Assembly: GCA_947570215.1 (NCBI GenBank)
Contig: CANOTO010000001.1
Location: 70,730 to 134,729, forward strand
Length of the DNA: 64,000 nucleotides
Reading direction: 5' to 3'
Source: an uncultured Clostridia bacterium
GTDB lineage: Bacteria > Bacillota > Clostridia > Christensenellales > CAG-314
Below are positions 38,050 through 48,247 of this stretch, one piece after another. A program made the translations under genes and the position numbers. The notes under the pieces were generated by a model. The model saw only the letters and a list, made by a program, of their open reading frames with translations. It was not told the origin of the DNA and ran no database searches. Numbering within the stretch: position 1 is the stretch's first letter; every line of letters starts with the position of its first letter.

Positions 38050-40194
38050 ATGGATATCAATTTGAAAATCACCGAAGAATTAGACGTTGCCAAATGGCAG
38101 GTAGACGCAGCGGTCAACCTAATCGACGAAGGCAACACTATTCCCTTTATTTCCCGTTACCGCAAGGAAGCTACGGGACAGCTTAACGACGAACAGCTGC
38201 GCAAGCTGTACGAGCGGCTGACATACCTGCGCAACCTTGAAGAAAAAAAGGCGCAGGTTATAAAAAGCATTGAAGAACAAGGCTTGATGACGGACGAACT
38301 GCGGCAAGCTATCGAAAACGCCGAAACGCAGGTCGCAGTAGAAGACCTGTACCGCCCCTACCGTCCCAAGCGCAGAACTCGCGCGACGGTAGCCAAAGAA
38401 AAGGGCTTGGAAGGTCTTGCCAATATTATTCTGTTACAGGAAACGACGGAAAAGCCCAACGAATTCGCGCTGCCTTACGTCAACGAAGAAAAGGGCGTAA
38501 AAACCGTTAAAGAAGCCTTGCAGGGCGCGTTGGATATAATTGCGGAAATAATATCCGACAACGCCGAATACCGCACGGCAATACGCGGATTGACGTTCAA
38601 TCTTGGCAAACTTACTTCCGCGGCAAAAAAGCCGGACGTAAAGACGGTATACGACAATTACTACGCCTACGAAGAAGAATTAACCAAAATTGCGGGACAC
38701 CGCGTATTAGCGGTTAACCGCGGAGAAGCGGAAAAGGTACTTACGGTCAAGATTGTAGCTCCGAGCGAGCTTATTTGCGATTACCTGTCCCGTCACGTAA
38801 TAACGCGAAGCAACCCCAATACGTCGCCATTGCTTACGCTGGCTCTTACGGACAGCTACGTTCGCTTGATTGCGCCGAGCATCGAAACGGAAATACGCAA
38901 TATGCTTACCGAAAAGGCGGAAGAAGGCGCAATTGCCGTCTTCGGCAAAAACTTGGAACAATTGCTTATGCAGCCTCCTATTGTAGGCAAGGTTGTATTA
39001 GGTTGGGACCCCGCGTTTAGAACGGGCTGCAAGCTTGCCGTTGTAGACGGCACGGGCAAAGTGCTTGACACAACGGTTATCTACCCCACCGCGCCCACCA
39101 CTCCCGAAAAAATAGCCAAAGCAAAGCTTACGCTTCAACAGCTTATCAACAAGTATAACGTGTCGCTTATATCTCTTGGCAACGGCACGGCTTCGCGCGA
39201 AAGCGAACAGATAATTGTAGAATTGCTACACGAAACGGGACTGCCCGTGCAATACGTAATCGTCAACGAAGCGGGCGCGTCGGTTTACTCCGCAAGTAAA
39301 TTGGCGACGGAAGAATTTCCCGGCTTCGACGTAGGTCAGCGCAGCGCGGCAAGCATTGCAAGGCGGCTTCAAGACCCGCTTGCCGAGCTTGTAAAAATCG
39401 ACCCCAAATCAATCGGCGTAGGACAGTACCAACACGATATGAACCAAAAGAAGTTAGGCGAGACGTTGGAAGGCGTCGTAGAAGACTGCGTTAATAAGGT
39501 AGGAGTTGACCTTAACACCGCTTCCGCGCCGTTGCTAACGTACATATCCGGCGTAACAAGCGCGATTGCCAAAAATATCGTATCCTACCGCGAACAAAAC
39601 GGACGGTTTACCAACCGCGAACAGCTGTTAAAGGTGGACAAATTGGGCGCGAAGGCGTACGAGCAATGCGCGGGATTTTTGCGTATTACGGGCGGAGACA
39701 ATCCGTTAGACGCAACAAGCGTACACCCCGAAAGCTACGAAGCGACAGCGCGCTTTATGCAGCTGCAAAACATAGAACCGCATAGCATCGGCAATCTTAA
39801 CGGCTTGTCCAAGACAATAAAGGATTACGGCAAACTTGCCGACAAATTGGGCGTAGGCGAGCCGACGCTTCGCGATATCGTTGCCGAATTGGAAAAGCCC
39901 GCCCGCGACCCGCGCGACGAGATGCCCAAACCGATTCTTCGAAGCGACGTATTGGAAATGAAGGATCTTAAAGAAGGAATGATACTTAAAGGCACGGTAC
40001 GCAACGTTATAGACTTCGGCGTATTTGTAGACATAGGCGTACACCAAGACGGCTTGGTGCACATATCGCAGCTGTCGGATAAAAAGTTTGTAAAGCACCC
40101 GCTGGAGGTTGTTAAAGTGGGCGACGTGGTAGACGTAAAGGTATTGGGCGTAGACCTTGACAAAAAGCGCATATCGCTTACAATGAAAATCTGA
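38050..40194 (+). CDS. tex: Tex family RNA-binding transcription accessory protein
   Basis: EGNTIPFISRYRKEATG, DPAFRTGCK, EAGASVYSAS, IGVGQYQHD, C-terminal S1 domain. Confidence 0.96.
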   Translation: MDINLKITEELDVAKWQVDAAVNLIDEGNTIPFISRYRKEATGQLNDEQLRKLYERLTYLRNLEEKKAQVIKSIEEQGLMTDELRQAIENAETQVAVEDLYRPYRPKRRTRATVAKEKGLEGLANIILLQETTEKPNEFALPYVNEEKGVKTVKEALQGALDIIAEIISDNAEYRTAIRGLTFNLGKLTSAAKKPDVKTVYDNYYAYEEELTKIAGHRVLAVNRGEAEKVLTVKIVAPSELICDYLSRHVITRSNPNTSPLLTLALTDSYVRLIAPSIETEIRNMLTEKAEEGAIAVFGKNLEQLLMQPPIVGKVVLGWDPAFRTGCKLAVVDGTGKVLDTTVIYPTAPTTPEKIAKAKLTLQQLINKYNVSLISLGNGTASRESEQIIVELLHETGLPVQYVIVNEAGASVYSASKLATEEFPGFDVGQRSAASIARRLQDPLAELVKIDPKSIGVGQYQHDMNQKKLGETLEGVVEDCVNKVGVDLNTASAPLLTYISGVTSAIAKNIVSYREQNGRFTNREQLLKVDKLGAKAYEQCAGFLRITGGDNPLDATSVHPESYEATARFMQLQNIEPHSIGNLNGLSKTIKDYGKLADKLGVGEPTLRDIVAELEKPARDPRDEMPKPILRSDVLEMKDLKEGMILKGTVRNVIDFGVFVDIGVHQDGLVHISQLSDKKFVKHPLEVVKVGDVVDVKVLGVDLDKKRISLTMKI

Positions 40195-40215
40195 TAGGAA
40201 TTGAAAACAGTTAAA

Positions 40216-40250
40216 ATTGGGGTTGCCATCGGCAACCCCTTTAATTTGTT
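40216..40250 (+). terminator. Intrinsic terminator of tex
   Basis: GGGGTTGCC-atc-GGCAACCCC followed by T-rich tail. Confidence 0.8.
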
Positions 40251-40274
40251 TATTCATATATCGGTTTTGCGAAG

Positions 40275-40530
40275 CGAAGCCGTTTTCGTAGGAATGCCCG
40301 CAACGCTTATTATTATCTAACTATACGGAATGTTCCGAATGCTTAATGCAATCACTCAATTCGTCCGCGAGTTAAGCAGTTTTTAGCGGGATACGCGAGC
40401 GACATCACTCCCCTTTCCAAGGGGTAGGGGTTGACCGCTTAATACTCCGAGCGAGTGTACTCCCAATAAAAACAATCTGCAGGACGCGCAACGTCCGAAG
40501 CCGTTTTTATGGAAGTGCGCGAGCGACCTA
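40275..40530. repeat. Three degenerate ~32-nt direct repeats in a structured intergenic region
   Basis: cgaagccgttttcgtaggaatgcccgcaacgc (40275), ttaagcagtttttagcgggatacgcgagcgac (40372), cgaagccgtttttatggaagtgcgcgagcgac (40496). Confidence 0.55.
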
Positions 40531-42174
40531 TTCGTCAACTTCGGCGAAACAAGACCCGCCGATAAACTCGCGCAGAAGCGAGTTGCACGGAACCCATTTC
40601 TCATCCATTTCGTTAAAGTACTTCAAAAAGCGTATCAGTCTGCTTGCCGTTACGTAATAGGGGCTGTCCTGCGACACTTCTTGAAGAGCGGGCAGCGCGT
40701 ACTTTTTCAAAACGCACAATTCATACGTCAGCGCAGAATTATACACGTAGTTGCAGCCTTCCTGATAGGGATATATCCACTTAAACTCGCCGCGGCGAAC
40801 GCTCGGCCACATTTCGAGAGTTCTCTCGGCGGAAGCTCCGCGGTACTTTCTGTCGCGAACGATTCGGCGAAGCAAACGGATATCGGTATAGCTTATAGGA
40901 TTGTGATAGTCGATATTTATTTGGAATTGCGGCGCAATATAAATCTTAAACTTTTGGTGCTTGGGAATGGCGTAGGATAATTGGTCGTTCAATGCGTGGA
41001 TACCTTCGATGATAATGGGCGTATCCGCGCTTATCCTTGTCTTCGTACCGTTGTCCGAACGTCCCTTTTCGAATTCGTAATTGGGCAGCTCCACTTCTTC
41101 GCCCTCGATAAGCGCTTGAATATGCTCGTTAAACAGCTGTACATCCAACGAATTGATATGCTCGAAGTCGGGAGAGCCGTCTTCGTCCAAGGGTATTTCG
41201 TCGCGGTTTTTGTAGTACATATCGAGAGAAATGCGCAAAGGATTGATTCCGCGCGACATAAGCTCGATACGCAAACGGTTGGAAAACGTCGTCTTGCCGG
41301 AGCTGGACGGTCCCGCTATACAAATCAGACGAATGTTTTCGATATCGTTGGCAATTAGACCGCCCAATTCGTGAAGCATATCGTTGTGCAAAGTTTCGTT
41401 CATATTGATGAAGTCCACGTACGTATCGGCGTTTACGTGCGCGTTCATATCGGAGATAATCTCGGCGTTACATATCTTCGCCCACTTGTGCGCGCGGTTT
41501 AGCACCTTGGCAAAGGTCGGCTCGTCGTTAAAGGGCGGAATTGCGCCCTTATATTCGTAACGCGGATACTGCGCTATCATATTGCCGTCGTAGCAAAACA
41601 AATTGTACTTGGACAAATACCCCGTCGACGGAACCATATATCCGTGCATATAGTTGAGATAATCCGCGCATTTATAGAAATGACACGTTTTTTCGGGACG
41701 ATATCTAAGCGTTTCTGCCTTGTCCGTTTGACCTTGGCTGACAAAATAATCGTAGGCTTCTTCCTTGGTCATCATCATCTTTTCAAAGGGTAAATCCTGC
41801 GACACGAGCCTGTCCATTTCCTTTTTGACGGCTTTAAGCATAGCTTTGTCTATCTGCGTTTTAGGCGACAGAACCGTAACCATTAACGAGCGCGAAATAG
41901 CATAGCAAATCTTAATTTGATAATCGGGATACAGATTGTGAAAAGCGTGCGCGATAAGATATCTGAAACTTGTTTCGTACACCTTTACCGCGTCTGTGTT
42001 GGTAAGATCCAGCAACTCGACGTTGCTGTCATAGCACAGTTCGTAGGTAAGCTCGCGCAGTCTGTTGTTGACCTTGGCAACATAGTACGTTTTTGCAGGG
42101 TCGTCTATTACGCTGAGAATAGGCGTCCTTTCGTCCAATTTCAATGTTTTGTTCTGAATATTAACGTTAAACAT
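40528..42174 (-). CDS. Nucleoside (uridine) kinase with ThrRS-like N-terminal region
   Basis: AKVNN..EL, YETS; AGPSSSGKTT, IEGIHALN, RLLRRIVRD..YRG, W.SVRRGE, SLLREFIGGS. Confidence 0.9.
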   Translation of the reverse strand: MFNVNIQNKTLKLDERTPILSVIDDPAKTYYVAKVNNRLRELTYELCYDSNVELLDLTNTDAVKVYETSFRYLIAHAFHNLYPDYQIKICYAISRSLMVTVLSPKTQIDKAMLKAVKKEMDRLVSQDLPFEKMMMTKEEAYDYFVSQGQTDKAETLRYRPEKTCHFYKCADYLNYMHGYMVPSTGYLSKYNLFCYDGNMIAQYPRYEYKGAIPPFNDEPTFAKVLNRAHKWAKICNAEIISDMNAHVNADTYVDFINMNETLHNDMLHELGGLIANDIENIRLICIAGPSSSGKTTFSNRLRIELMSRGINPLRISLDMYYKNRDEIPLDEDGSPDFEHINSLDVQLFNEHIQALIEGEEVELPNYEFEKGRSDNGTKTRISADTPIIIEGIHALNDQLSYAIPKHQKFKIYIAPQFQINIDYHNPISYTDIRLLRRIVRDRKYRGASAERTLEMWPSVRRGEFKWIYPYQEGCNYVYNSALTYELCVLKKYALPALQEVSQDSPYYVTASRLIRFLKYFNEMDEKWVPCNSLLREFIGGSCFAEVDE

Positions 42175-42520
42175 AGTTTTTCTCCTTGACGGTTTGCAAG
42201 TATTCGGATAAGGCAACAGGAAAGCCGCCCTATACTTCCGTTCTCGTCAAACGCCAATGTATCCTATCACATTTTAATGTCAAAGTCAATAGTAAATGAA
42301 AAATTAGCTTGCGGTTTCACTAAAAAATTTTGTAAACCGCTTGATTTTTACTTTTTTATTGTTATAATAATTATTGGATATAATTTTATCCTAATGCGCT
42401 AAATAAACAATCAAAAGAATACTTTACGTTTATTACGGCTAAGTCAATGAAACGGCGCTGTTGCAAACGACAAGCCTTCTCCCCCCCCCGCGGCGCAAAT
42501 TCGAAAAGGAGAAAGGACAA

Positions 42521-44950
42521 ATGAGACAAAAGAAACTCGCTCTTGTGTCGCTTGTTCTTGTATTTTGCTGTACGCTGATTCTTGCCGCGTGCCAAAATCA
42601 AGTTACGGTAACGTATTCCTATAACGGCGGAATAATATCATCTACCGTAAACAAAGGCGACTGTGCAACCCCGCCCACTTACAACGTTCCGGACGGTTAC
42701 GAAATAGTATGGTACGACGACATAAACTTCAAAACCAAGTGGGACTTGACCGCGCCTGTTACGGAAGACATTACGTTGTTCGGCAAGTTAGAAGCCAAGC
42801 CCGTACAAATAACCTTCGTTAAAAACGGCGAAACGGTAGATACCACAAGCGTTCCCGCGGCGGACAGAATAGTCTACCCCGCAATAAGCGGCAATACCGC
42901 GACCATATGGTACGAAGACGAAGCCGCAACCAAAATATGGAATTGCGACCAACCCGCGGGCAACAGTCGCACGCTTTACGGCAAGGACGTTGCGCTTACC
43001 ACTATTGCGCAGGCACTCGAGATAGCCGAAACGCACGTAGAGGAAGCCACGACGGAAAGATATCTGATAAAAGGTACCGTAAAAGCCGTAAGCAATGCGT
43101 CCTACGGAGAAATGACAATAACCGACGGCACTAACGATCTGTACGTTTACGGCAGCTACGCTTCCGACGGAGTAAACAGATATTCCGATTTAGTAAAAAA
43201 GCCGTATAAAGGCGACGAAGTGCTGCTATACTGTACGCTGCAGAACTTCCAAGAAAAAACGAAACAGGCCAAGTCGGCGTGGATTATCGACTTCGCATCC
43301 GTACCGGATACAAGCTTTAACGAAGCGGACTACACCGCCATGAACTTGGAATACGCGCGCTTTGCCGATGCGGGAACATTGGTAAAGGTAACGGGCGTAG
43401 TATCGCAAATTATTTACGCCGAAGGAATGAAGCCCTGCGGATTTTACCTTATCGACAATACGTCTTCTATTTACGTGTACGACTCTCAATTAACGCCGCA
43501 GGTTAAAGTCGGCAATACCGTCACGCTTTGCGCGGAAAAAGCGTATTACGTATTAGAGTCGGAAAAGGCAAACGCAATAAAATTCGGATACTTGGGTTGT
43601 AATCAGCTTCAAGACGCTCATTTGATAAACAATGACAACAACACCTCCGCATTCGATAACAGCTGGATGCAGGAAAAGACCGTAAAAGAAATTATGGAAA
43701 CCCCCGTAACGCAGGACGTGGCTTCTCTTACGTACAAAACCACCGCTCTTATACGGAAAGTTCCCGGAAACGGCTTTACAAACTACTACGTGAACGATAT
43801 AGACGGCATAACCGGTTCATACGTTTACACTATGTGCAGCGGAAGTGACTTTACTTGGTTGGACGAATTCGACGGTAAGATTTGTACCGTGTACCTGTCC
43901 CCGCTTAACGCCAAGAGCAATCCTTCGGGTTGCTTGTGGAGATTTATTCCCATAGCCGTAAAATATGAAAACTACACTTTCGATAAAGCCGACGCGGCGG
44001 AATTTGCAATAAAGTACTACGCCGCAGACCAATTCCAATCGCAATATAAATACTGCGATTTGACGGATTTAACGATAGACCTTACCACAAGCGTTTCGTC
44101 CGATCTGCTCGGCATATCCGACGTAAAAATACAATACTCTTCCAGCAATCCCGCGGTTATGTCCATAGACACGCAGGGTTCGGCAGTTAAAGCTACGCTG
44201 TGCGGAACGGGCGAAACCACCATTACGATGAGAGCTACGTACGCAGGCTACAAAACTTACGAACAAACGAAAAAGATAACCGTAACCGAAGCTCAGCTGT
44301 ATCCCAACGCCTTTAATGTTAGTCAGGCAATAAGCGCGGCGCTTCAAGAACAGGTTACCGTAAGCGGAATAGTAGGACCTTCGCTTGTAAACAGAGACGG
44401 GTTCTATCTCATCGACGAAACGGGCGCGATAGCCGTTACGACAACGGGCGACGTATTGGCGACGGTAAAGGTAGGCAACCATGTCGTGCTGAAAGGCGTC
44501 AGATCGCAGTTCAACTCCGGTTCGGACAAATCGCAATTCGGTCAGAGCTGCGTATTAGACTGCGAATTGCTTGCTAACTACTACGGCGAAAAGGAGTACG
44601 CAACAGACAGCTTCGTAAGCGGACAAACGCTTGAAAGCCTTAAAGCACTTGACACGAAAGAAGATCATACCACCACCGTTTACGTATTGGAAAACGCAAA
44701 ATTCGTACGCGAAGAAACGGCTTTTTATACCAAGATGATTTTAGCCGTAGGCGAAACTACAATCGACCTGTATTGCAGCAGCGCAAACCAATACCGCTGG
44801 TTAAACGATTATATATCAAGCGGCAAAACGTTCAAAGTCGAACTGGCTTTGTGCAACTGGAACGGAAAGGCCTATTTTACAGGTTGTCTACTCGCCGTCT
44901 ATAACGAAGACGGAACTAAAACATGCAACACACTGAATTTCCAACAATAA
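42521..44950 (+). CDS. Lipoprotein with InlB B-like repeats, several OB-fold-like domains and an Ig-like domain
   Basis: Lipobox LAAC; Y.IKG.V..YGEMTITDGT..LYVYG and V.V.G.V..GFYLID...IYVY..VKVGN repeats. Confidence 0.8.
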   Translation: MRQKKLALVSLVLVFCCTLILAACQNQVTVTYSYNGGIISSTVNKGDCATPPTYNVPDGYEIVWYDDINFKTKWDLTAPVTEDITLFGKLEAKPVQITFVKNGETVDTTSVPAADRIVYPAISGNTATIWYEDEAATKIWNCDQPAGNSRTLYGKDVALTTIAQALEIAETHVEEATTERYLIKGTVKAVSNASYGEMTITDGTNDLYVYGSYASDGVNRYSDLVKKPYKGDEVLLYCTLQNFQEKTKQAKSAWIIDFASVPDTSFNEADYTAMNLEYARFADAGTLVKVTGVVSQIIYAEGMKPCGFYLIDNTSSIYVYDSQLTPQVKVGNTVTLCAEKAYYVLESEKANAIKFGYLGCNQLQDAHLINNDNNTSAFDNSWMQEKTVKEIMETPVTQDVASLTYKTTALIRKVPGNGFTNYYVNDIDGITGSYVYTMCSGSDFTWLDEFDGKICTVYLSPLNAKSNPSGCLWRFIPIAVKYENYTFDKADAAEFAIKYYAADQFQSQYKYCDLTDLTIDLTTSVSSDLLGISDVKIQYSSSNPAVMSIDTQGSAVKATLCGTGETTITMRATYAGYKTYEQTKKITVTEAQLYPNAFNVSQAISAALQEQVTVSGIVGPSLVNRDGFYLIDETGAIAVTTTGDVLATVKVGNHVVLKGVRSQFNSGSDKSQFGQSCVLDCELLANYYGEKEYATDSFVSGQTLESLKALDTKEDHTTTVYVLENAKFVREETAFYTKMILAVGETTIDLYCSSANQYRWLNDYISSGKTFKVELALCNWNGKAYFTGCLLAVYNEDGTKTCNTLNFQQ

Positions 44951-44951
44951 T

Positions 44952-45572
44952 ATGAAAAACTTTAACAAAATATTATCCGTCGCATTGACGGTACTGCTTG
45001 TATTAACGCTTGTAATATTTCCCATAGGTTGTTGGGACAATGACAATCCGCCGTCCGACAAGAACGACGTCGACAATTCCACAATAATCGGCGGTTCCAA
45101 CGACAACGAAGACAAAACGGACATCCCGAACGGCACGGATAAGCCCGACGATTCTACCGACAAACCAGACAATAACGACAAGCCTGCGGAAGATAAATTC
45201 GAAGACTACGGTATGAACGTAATAACCGTACGGCTCGATAACGTAAACGTAACGGAAAAAGGTATATACAACACGAAGGAAGAAGTGGGCGCGTATATTT
45301 ATCTGTTTCACAAGCTGCCGAGCAATTACAACTCGAATAAATCTTACGTAACGAAAAATTATACCAAACAGAATAAGCTGAGTTATACGGGCGGAACGTT
45401 CCAAAACCGCGAAGGACTGTTGCCCAAAGCAAGCGGACGAACGTTTACCGAGTGCGACATAGGATATACCGGCGGCGGAAGAAACGCGTTGAGAATAGTA
45501 TTTTCTTCGGATTTTCTGATATTCTACACCGGCGACCACTACGACAGCTTTTCTATAATGAGATTCGTATGA
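44952..45572 (+). CDS. Lipoprotein with barnase/RNase N1-like ribonuclease domain
   Basis: Lipobox IGC; acidic linker; KLP.NY, GG.FQNREGLLP, TECDI.Y..G.R...RIVFSSD..I.YTGDHY.SF. Confidence 0.92.
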   Translation: MKNFNKILSVALTVLLVLTLVIFPIGCWDNDNPPSDKNDVDNSTIIGGSNDNEDKTDIPNGTDKPDDSTDKPDNNDKPAEDKFEDYGMNVITVRLDNVNVTEKGIYNTKEEVGAYIYLFHKLPSNYNSNKSYVTKNYTKQNKLSYTGGTFQNREGLLPKASGRTFTECDIGYTGGGRNALRIVFSSDFLIFYTGDHYDSFSIMRFV

Positions 45573-45814
45573 CGGTAAAAATCGACTGCAAAGAATTTAA
45601 CGAAAAACCGCTGTTTATCGCCCGAATGCGGCAAGTTTTTCCCGAAGTGTTCAGCTTAAATTACGACTCGCTAATAGACGGCGTTCGCGGAACGGAAGAT
45701 AACGTTACAATCGAATTAACAAACTTCGGCTGCTACGCAGACGCGGCAAATTTACAAGAAGTATTTGCGATAATAGAACGCGAAAACCCTACGGTGCGCT
45801 TCGTATTACGTTAA
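45569..45814 (+). CDS. Barstar-like ribonuclease inhibitor
   Basis: ATGA overlap with RNase gene; V.IDC...FPEVFSLNYDSL.D resembles barstar P.YYG.NLDAL.D. Confidence 0.8.
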   Translation: MTVKIDCKEFNEKPLFIARMRQVFPEVFSLNYDSLIDGVRGTEDNVTIELTNFGCYADAANLQEVFAIIERENPTVRFVLR

Positions 45815-45840
45815 GGCGGTATAATTTAATTCAAAACATA

Positions 45841-45870
45841 AAACGCTTGAAAAATAATTTCAAGCGTTTT
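45841..45870. repeat. Dispersed palindrome AAACGCTTGAA-loop-TTCAAGCGTTT, copy 1 (terminator-like)
   Basis: Same stem at 49283 and 62582. Confidence 0.75.
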
Positions 45871-45933
45871 TGTATAGTTTTTATCCGCGCATACGTCTGC
45901 GCGGCGTGCTGCAAATACTATTACGGCTGTTCG

Positions 45934-46452
45934 TTATATTTTGACAGGTTCGGGATAGGTTTCGCCGAAGGTTTCCACCGTGACGGAAGCCATTACCTGC
46001 GGTTCGTACGGACGGTCCGAGTAGTCGCAACGGGTATTAGCTATCTCGTCCACTACTTCCATTCCGCCGATAACGCGCCCGAATGCGGCGTACGCTCCGT
46101 CGAGATGGGGAGCGTCCTTGTGCATAATAAAAAACTGACTGCCGGCGCTGTTGGGACTCATAGCTCTTGCCATAGATATTACCCCGCGCTCGTGCTTTAA
46201 GCCGTTGGCGCAGCCGTTTTGAGCAAACTCGCCCTTGATTGCATATCCCGGTCCGCCCGTCCCCGTACCGTTGGGGCAACCGCCTTGTATCATAAAGCCC
46301 TTGATTACGCGGTGGAATATAAGTCCGTTATAAAAATCCTTGCTTACAAGACTTATAAAATTGTTTACGGTATTGGGCGCAACATCGGGATAAAGCTCGA
46401 CCGTTATACGTTTACCGTCCTGCATTGTAATAGTAACCTGCGGATTTTGCAT
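45934..46452 (-). CDS. ppiB: Cyclophilin-type peptidyl-prolyl isomerase
   Basis: FHRVIKGFMIQGG, GTGGPGY, SMARA, SAGSQFFI, HLDG.YAAFG. Confidence 0.93.
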   Translation of the reverse strand: MQNPQVTITMQDGKRITVELYPDVAPNTVNNFISLVSKDFYNGLIFHRVIKGFMIQGGCPNGTGTGGPGYAIKGEFAQNGCANGLKHERGVISMARAMSPNSAGSQFFIMHKDAPHLDGAYAAFGRVIGGMEVVDEIANTRCDYSDRPYEPQVMASVTVETFGETYPEPVKI

Positions 46453-46481
46453 AAAAAAATCTCCTTGAATTTTTTTATTAA

Positions 46482-46569
46482 ATTATATTCCATATTACAT
46501 GCATTGTCAATTACGCGGCTGCATCCGCCGTCCTTTTTATTTGACTTTAACGGCATACTCGGGTATAAT
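46482..46569. promoter_or_regulatory. Divergent sigma70 promoters for ppiB and aminopeptidase
   Basis: Minus TTGACA-N17-TATAAT (46510-46482); plus TTGACT-N17-TATAAT (46541-46569). Confidence 0.8.
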
Positions 46570-46677
46570 ACCTGTAATTCGTTTCGGCGTTTACAACCTT
46601 ACGGAGCTGAAACACGAAAAGTTTGATGCGATACGGATACCAAACGCCGAAAAATATCAATAAAAGGAGCGGAAATT

Positions 46678-47910
46678 ATGCTTACAACAAAACAAATGGA
46701 ACGTTACGCCGAGCTTGCCGTCTCGATAGGCGCGAACATGCAAAAGGGGCAGGAGGTAGTTATACGCTGCGACGTTAACTGTCAAGACTTCGCCCATCTT
46801 ATTGCGCAAAAGGCGTACGAATTGGGAGCGAAAAAGGTGCATATGGAGTGGCGCGACGAAAAGCTTGACAGAATAAATATGCTCAACGCCGACAAAGACG
46901 CTTTGTGCGATATTCCGAGTTATCAAACGGAATTGTGGAACTACTTTATCGAGCGCAAATGCTGTCTTATATCTATATCCGCAGACGACCCGAACAAATA
47001 CAAGGGATGCGATGCCGACAAGCTTGCCGCATACCAAGTGGCGTTCCAAACGGCGCGTCAAGCATTCCGTAACGCCACAATGTCCAACTATCTCCGTTGG
47101 ACGATAGTGTCCGTTCCAACTCCCGAATGGGCGAAACAAGTATTTCCCAATATGCCGACGGACGAAGCGATGGACAAAATGTGGAAGGCGATAGGTCACA
47201 TTATGCGTTTGGATCAAGACAATCCGACTGCTGCGTGGAGAAAGCATATCGATACGTTGGTTGCCCGTGCGGAATTTATGACCGAGCATAACTTCGAGTA
47301 TCTGCATTTAACCAACAAACACGGTACGGACTTGACGGTAGGATTGGCTCTCGGCCACGTATGGATAGCCGCCGAAGAAGCGGGGCAGGACGGAATACCG
47401 TTTACCGCCAATATGCCTACGGAAGAAGTGTTTACCGCGCCGCACAACCGCAAAATAAACGGTACGGTAGTTAACGCGCTGCCGCTTGTTAACAACGGCA
47501 ACGTAATAGACGACTTCTCGATTACGTTCAAAAACGGCAGGGTAGTAAATTATTCCGCAAAGGTGGGCTACGACGCGCTAAAAGGATTGCTCGAAAGCGA
47601 CGAAGGCGTACTGTCGCTCGGAGAAATAGCGTTAATAGGCAAAAACTCTCCTATTGCGGAAAGCGGAATACTGTTCTACAATACGTTATTCGACGAAAAT
47701 GCCAGCTGTCACCTTGCTTTCGGGGCAAGCTACCCCACAACCGTAAAAGACGGAAACAATATGACTGCCGAACAGCTTGCGCAGCACGGAATGAACCAAA
47801 GCATACAACACGTAGACTTTATGGTCGGAACAAAGGATATGAACATTGACGGCATAGGGTACGACGGAAAGGTTACGCCCGTGTTCCGCGACGGCGACTG
47901 GATTATTTGA
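46678..47910 (+). CDS. Aminopeptidase, M29 family (AmpS/PepS-like)
   Basis: ANMPTEEVFTAP, LGEIAL, NTLFDENASCHLAFG.SY, N.S..HVDFM.G. Confidence 0.94.
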   Translation: MLTTKQMERYAELAVSIGANMQKGQEVVIRCDVNCQDFAHLIAQKAYELGAKKVHMEWRDEKLDRINMLNADKDALCDIPSYQTELWNYFIERKCCLISISADDPNKYKGCDADKLAAYQVAFQTARQAFRNATMSNYLRWTIVSVPTPEWAKQVFPNMPTDEAMDKMWKAIGHIMRLDQDNPTAAWRKHIDTLVARAEFMTEHNFEYLHLTNKHGTDLTVGLALGHVWIAAEEAGQDGIPFTANMPTEEVFTAPHNRKINGTVVNALPLVNNGNVIDDFSITFKNGRVVNYSAKVGYDALKGLLESDEGVLSLGEIALIGKNSPIAESGILFYNTLFDENASCHLAFGASYPTTVKDGNNMTAEQLAQHGMNQSIQHVDFMVGTKDMNIDGIGYDGKVTPVFRDGDWII

Positions 47911-48190
47911 GAGCGGATAAACTTCGCAACTTTGTAAAACGTCATAGCCCGCGTCGATCATTTACGTAAAATAAACTCCCTGTTCGGGCTATTCGTTTGC
48001 CGCGTCTTGCTTGATTCCGCGTCCGCAAATAGATCGGTAAATGTAATTTACATTACGTTCCGTTTCGAAAATACGCTTTTTGCACTGCTATTAAGTTAAT
48101 AAACGGAAAGATATAATAAACATTATAAACGCATTATCAATAAAGAATATAAGAATAATTATATTGACTTAGGCATTAGTTATGATAATT

Positions 48191-48229
48191 AAATATCCGA
48201 CGCGGAATTCATCGCGTCGGATATTTTTA
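48191..48229. terminator. Terminator hairpin between convergent genes
   Basis: AAATATCCGACGCG..CGCGTCGGATATTT. Confidence 0.8.
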
Positions 48230-48247
48230 TCGGCAAAATGCTTTATC

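Noticed and set aside
40260-40530. CRISPR array
   Set aside because: Repeats are degenerate, spacing is long and unequal, and no cas genes are present; kept only as a repeat finding.
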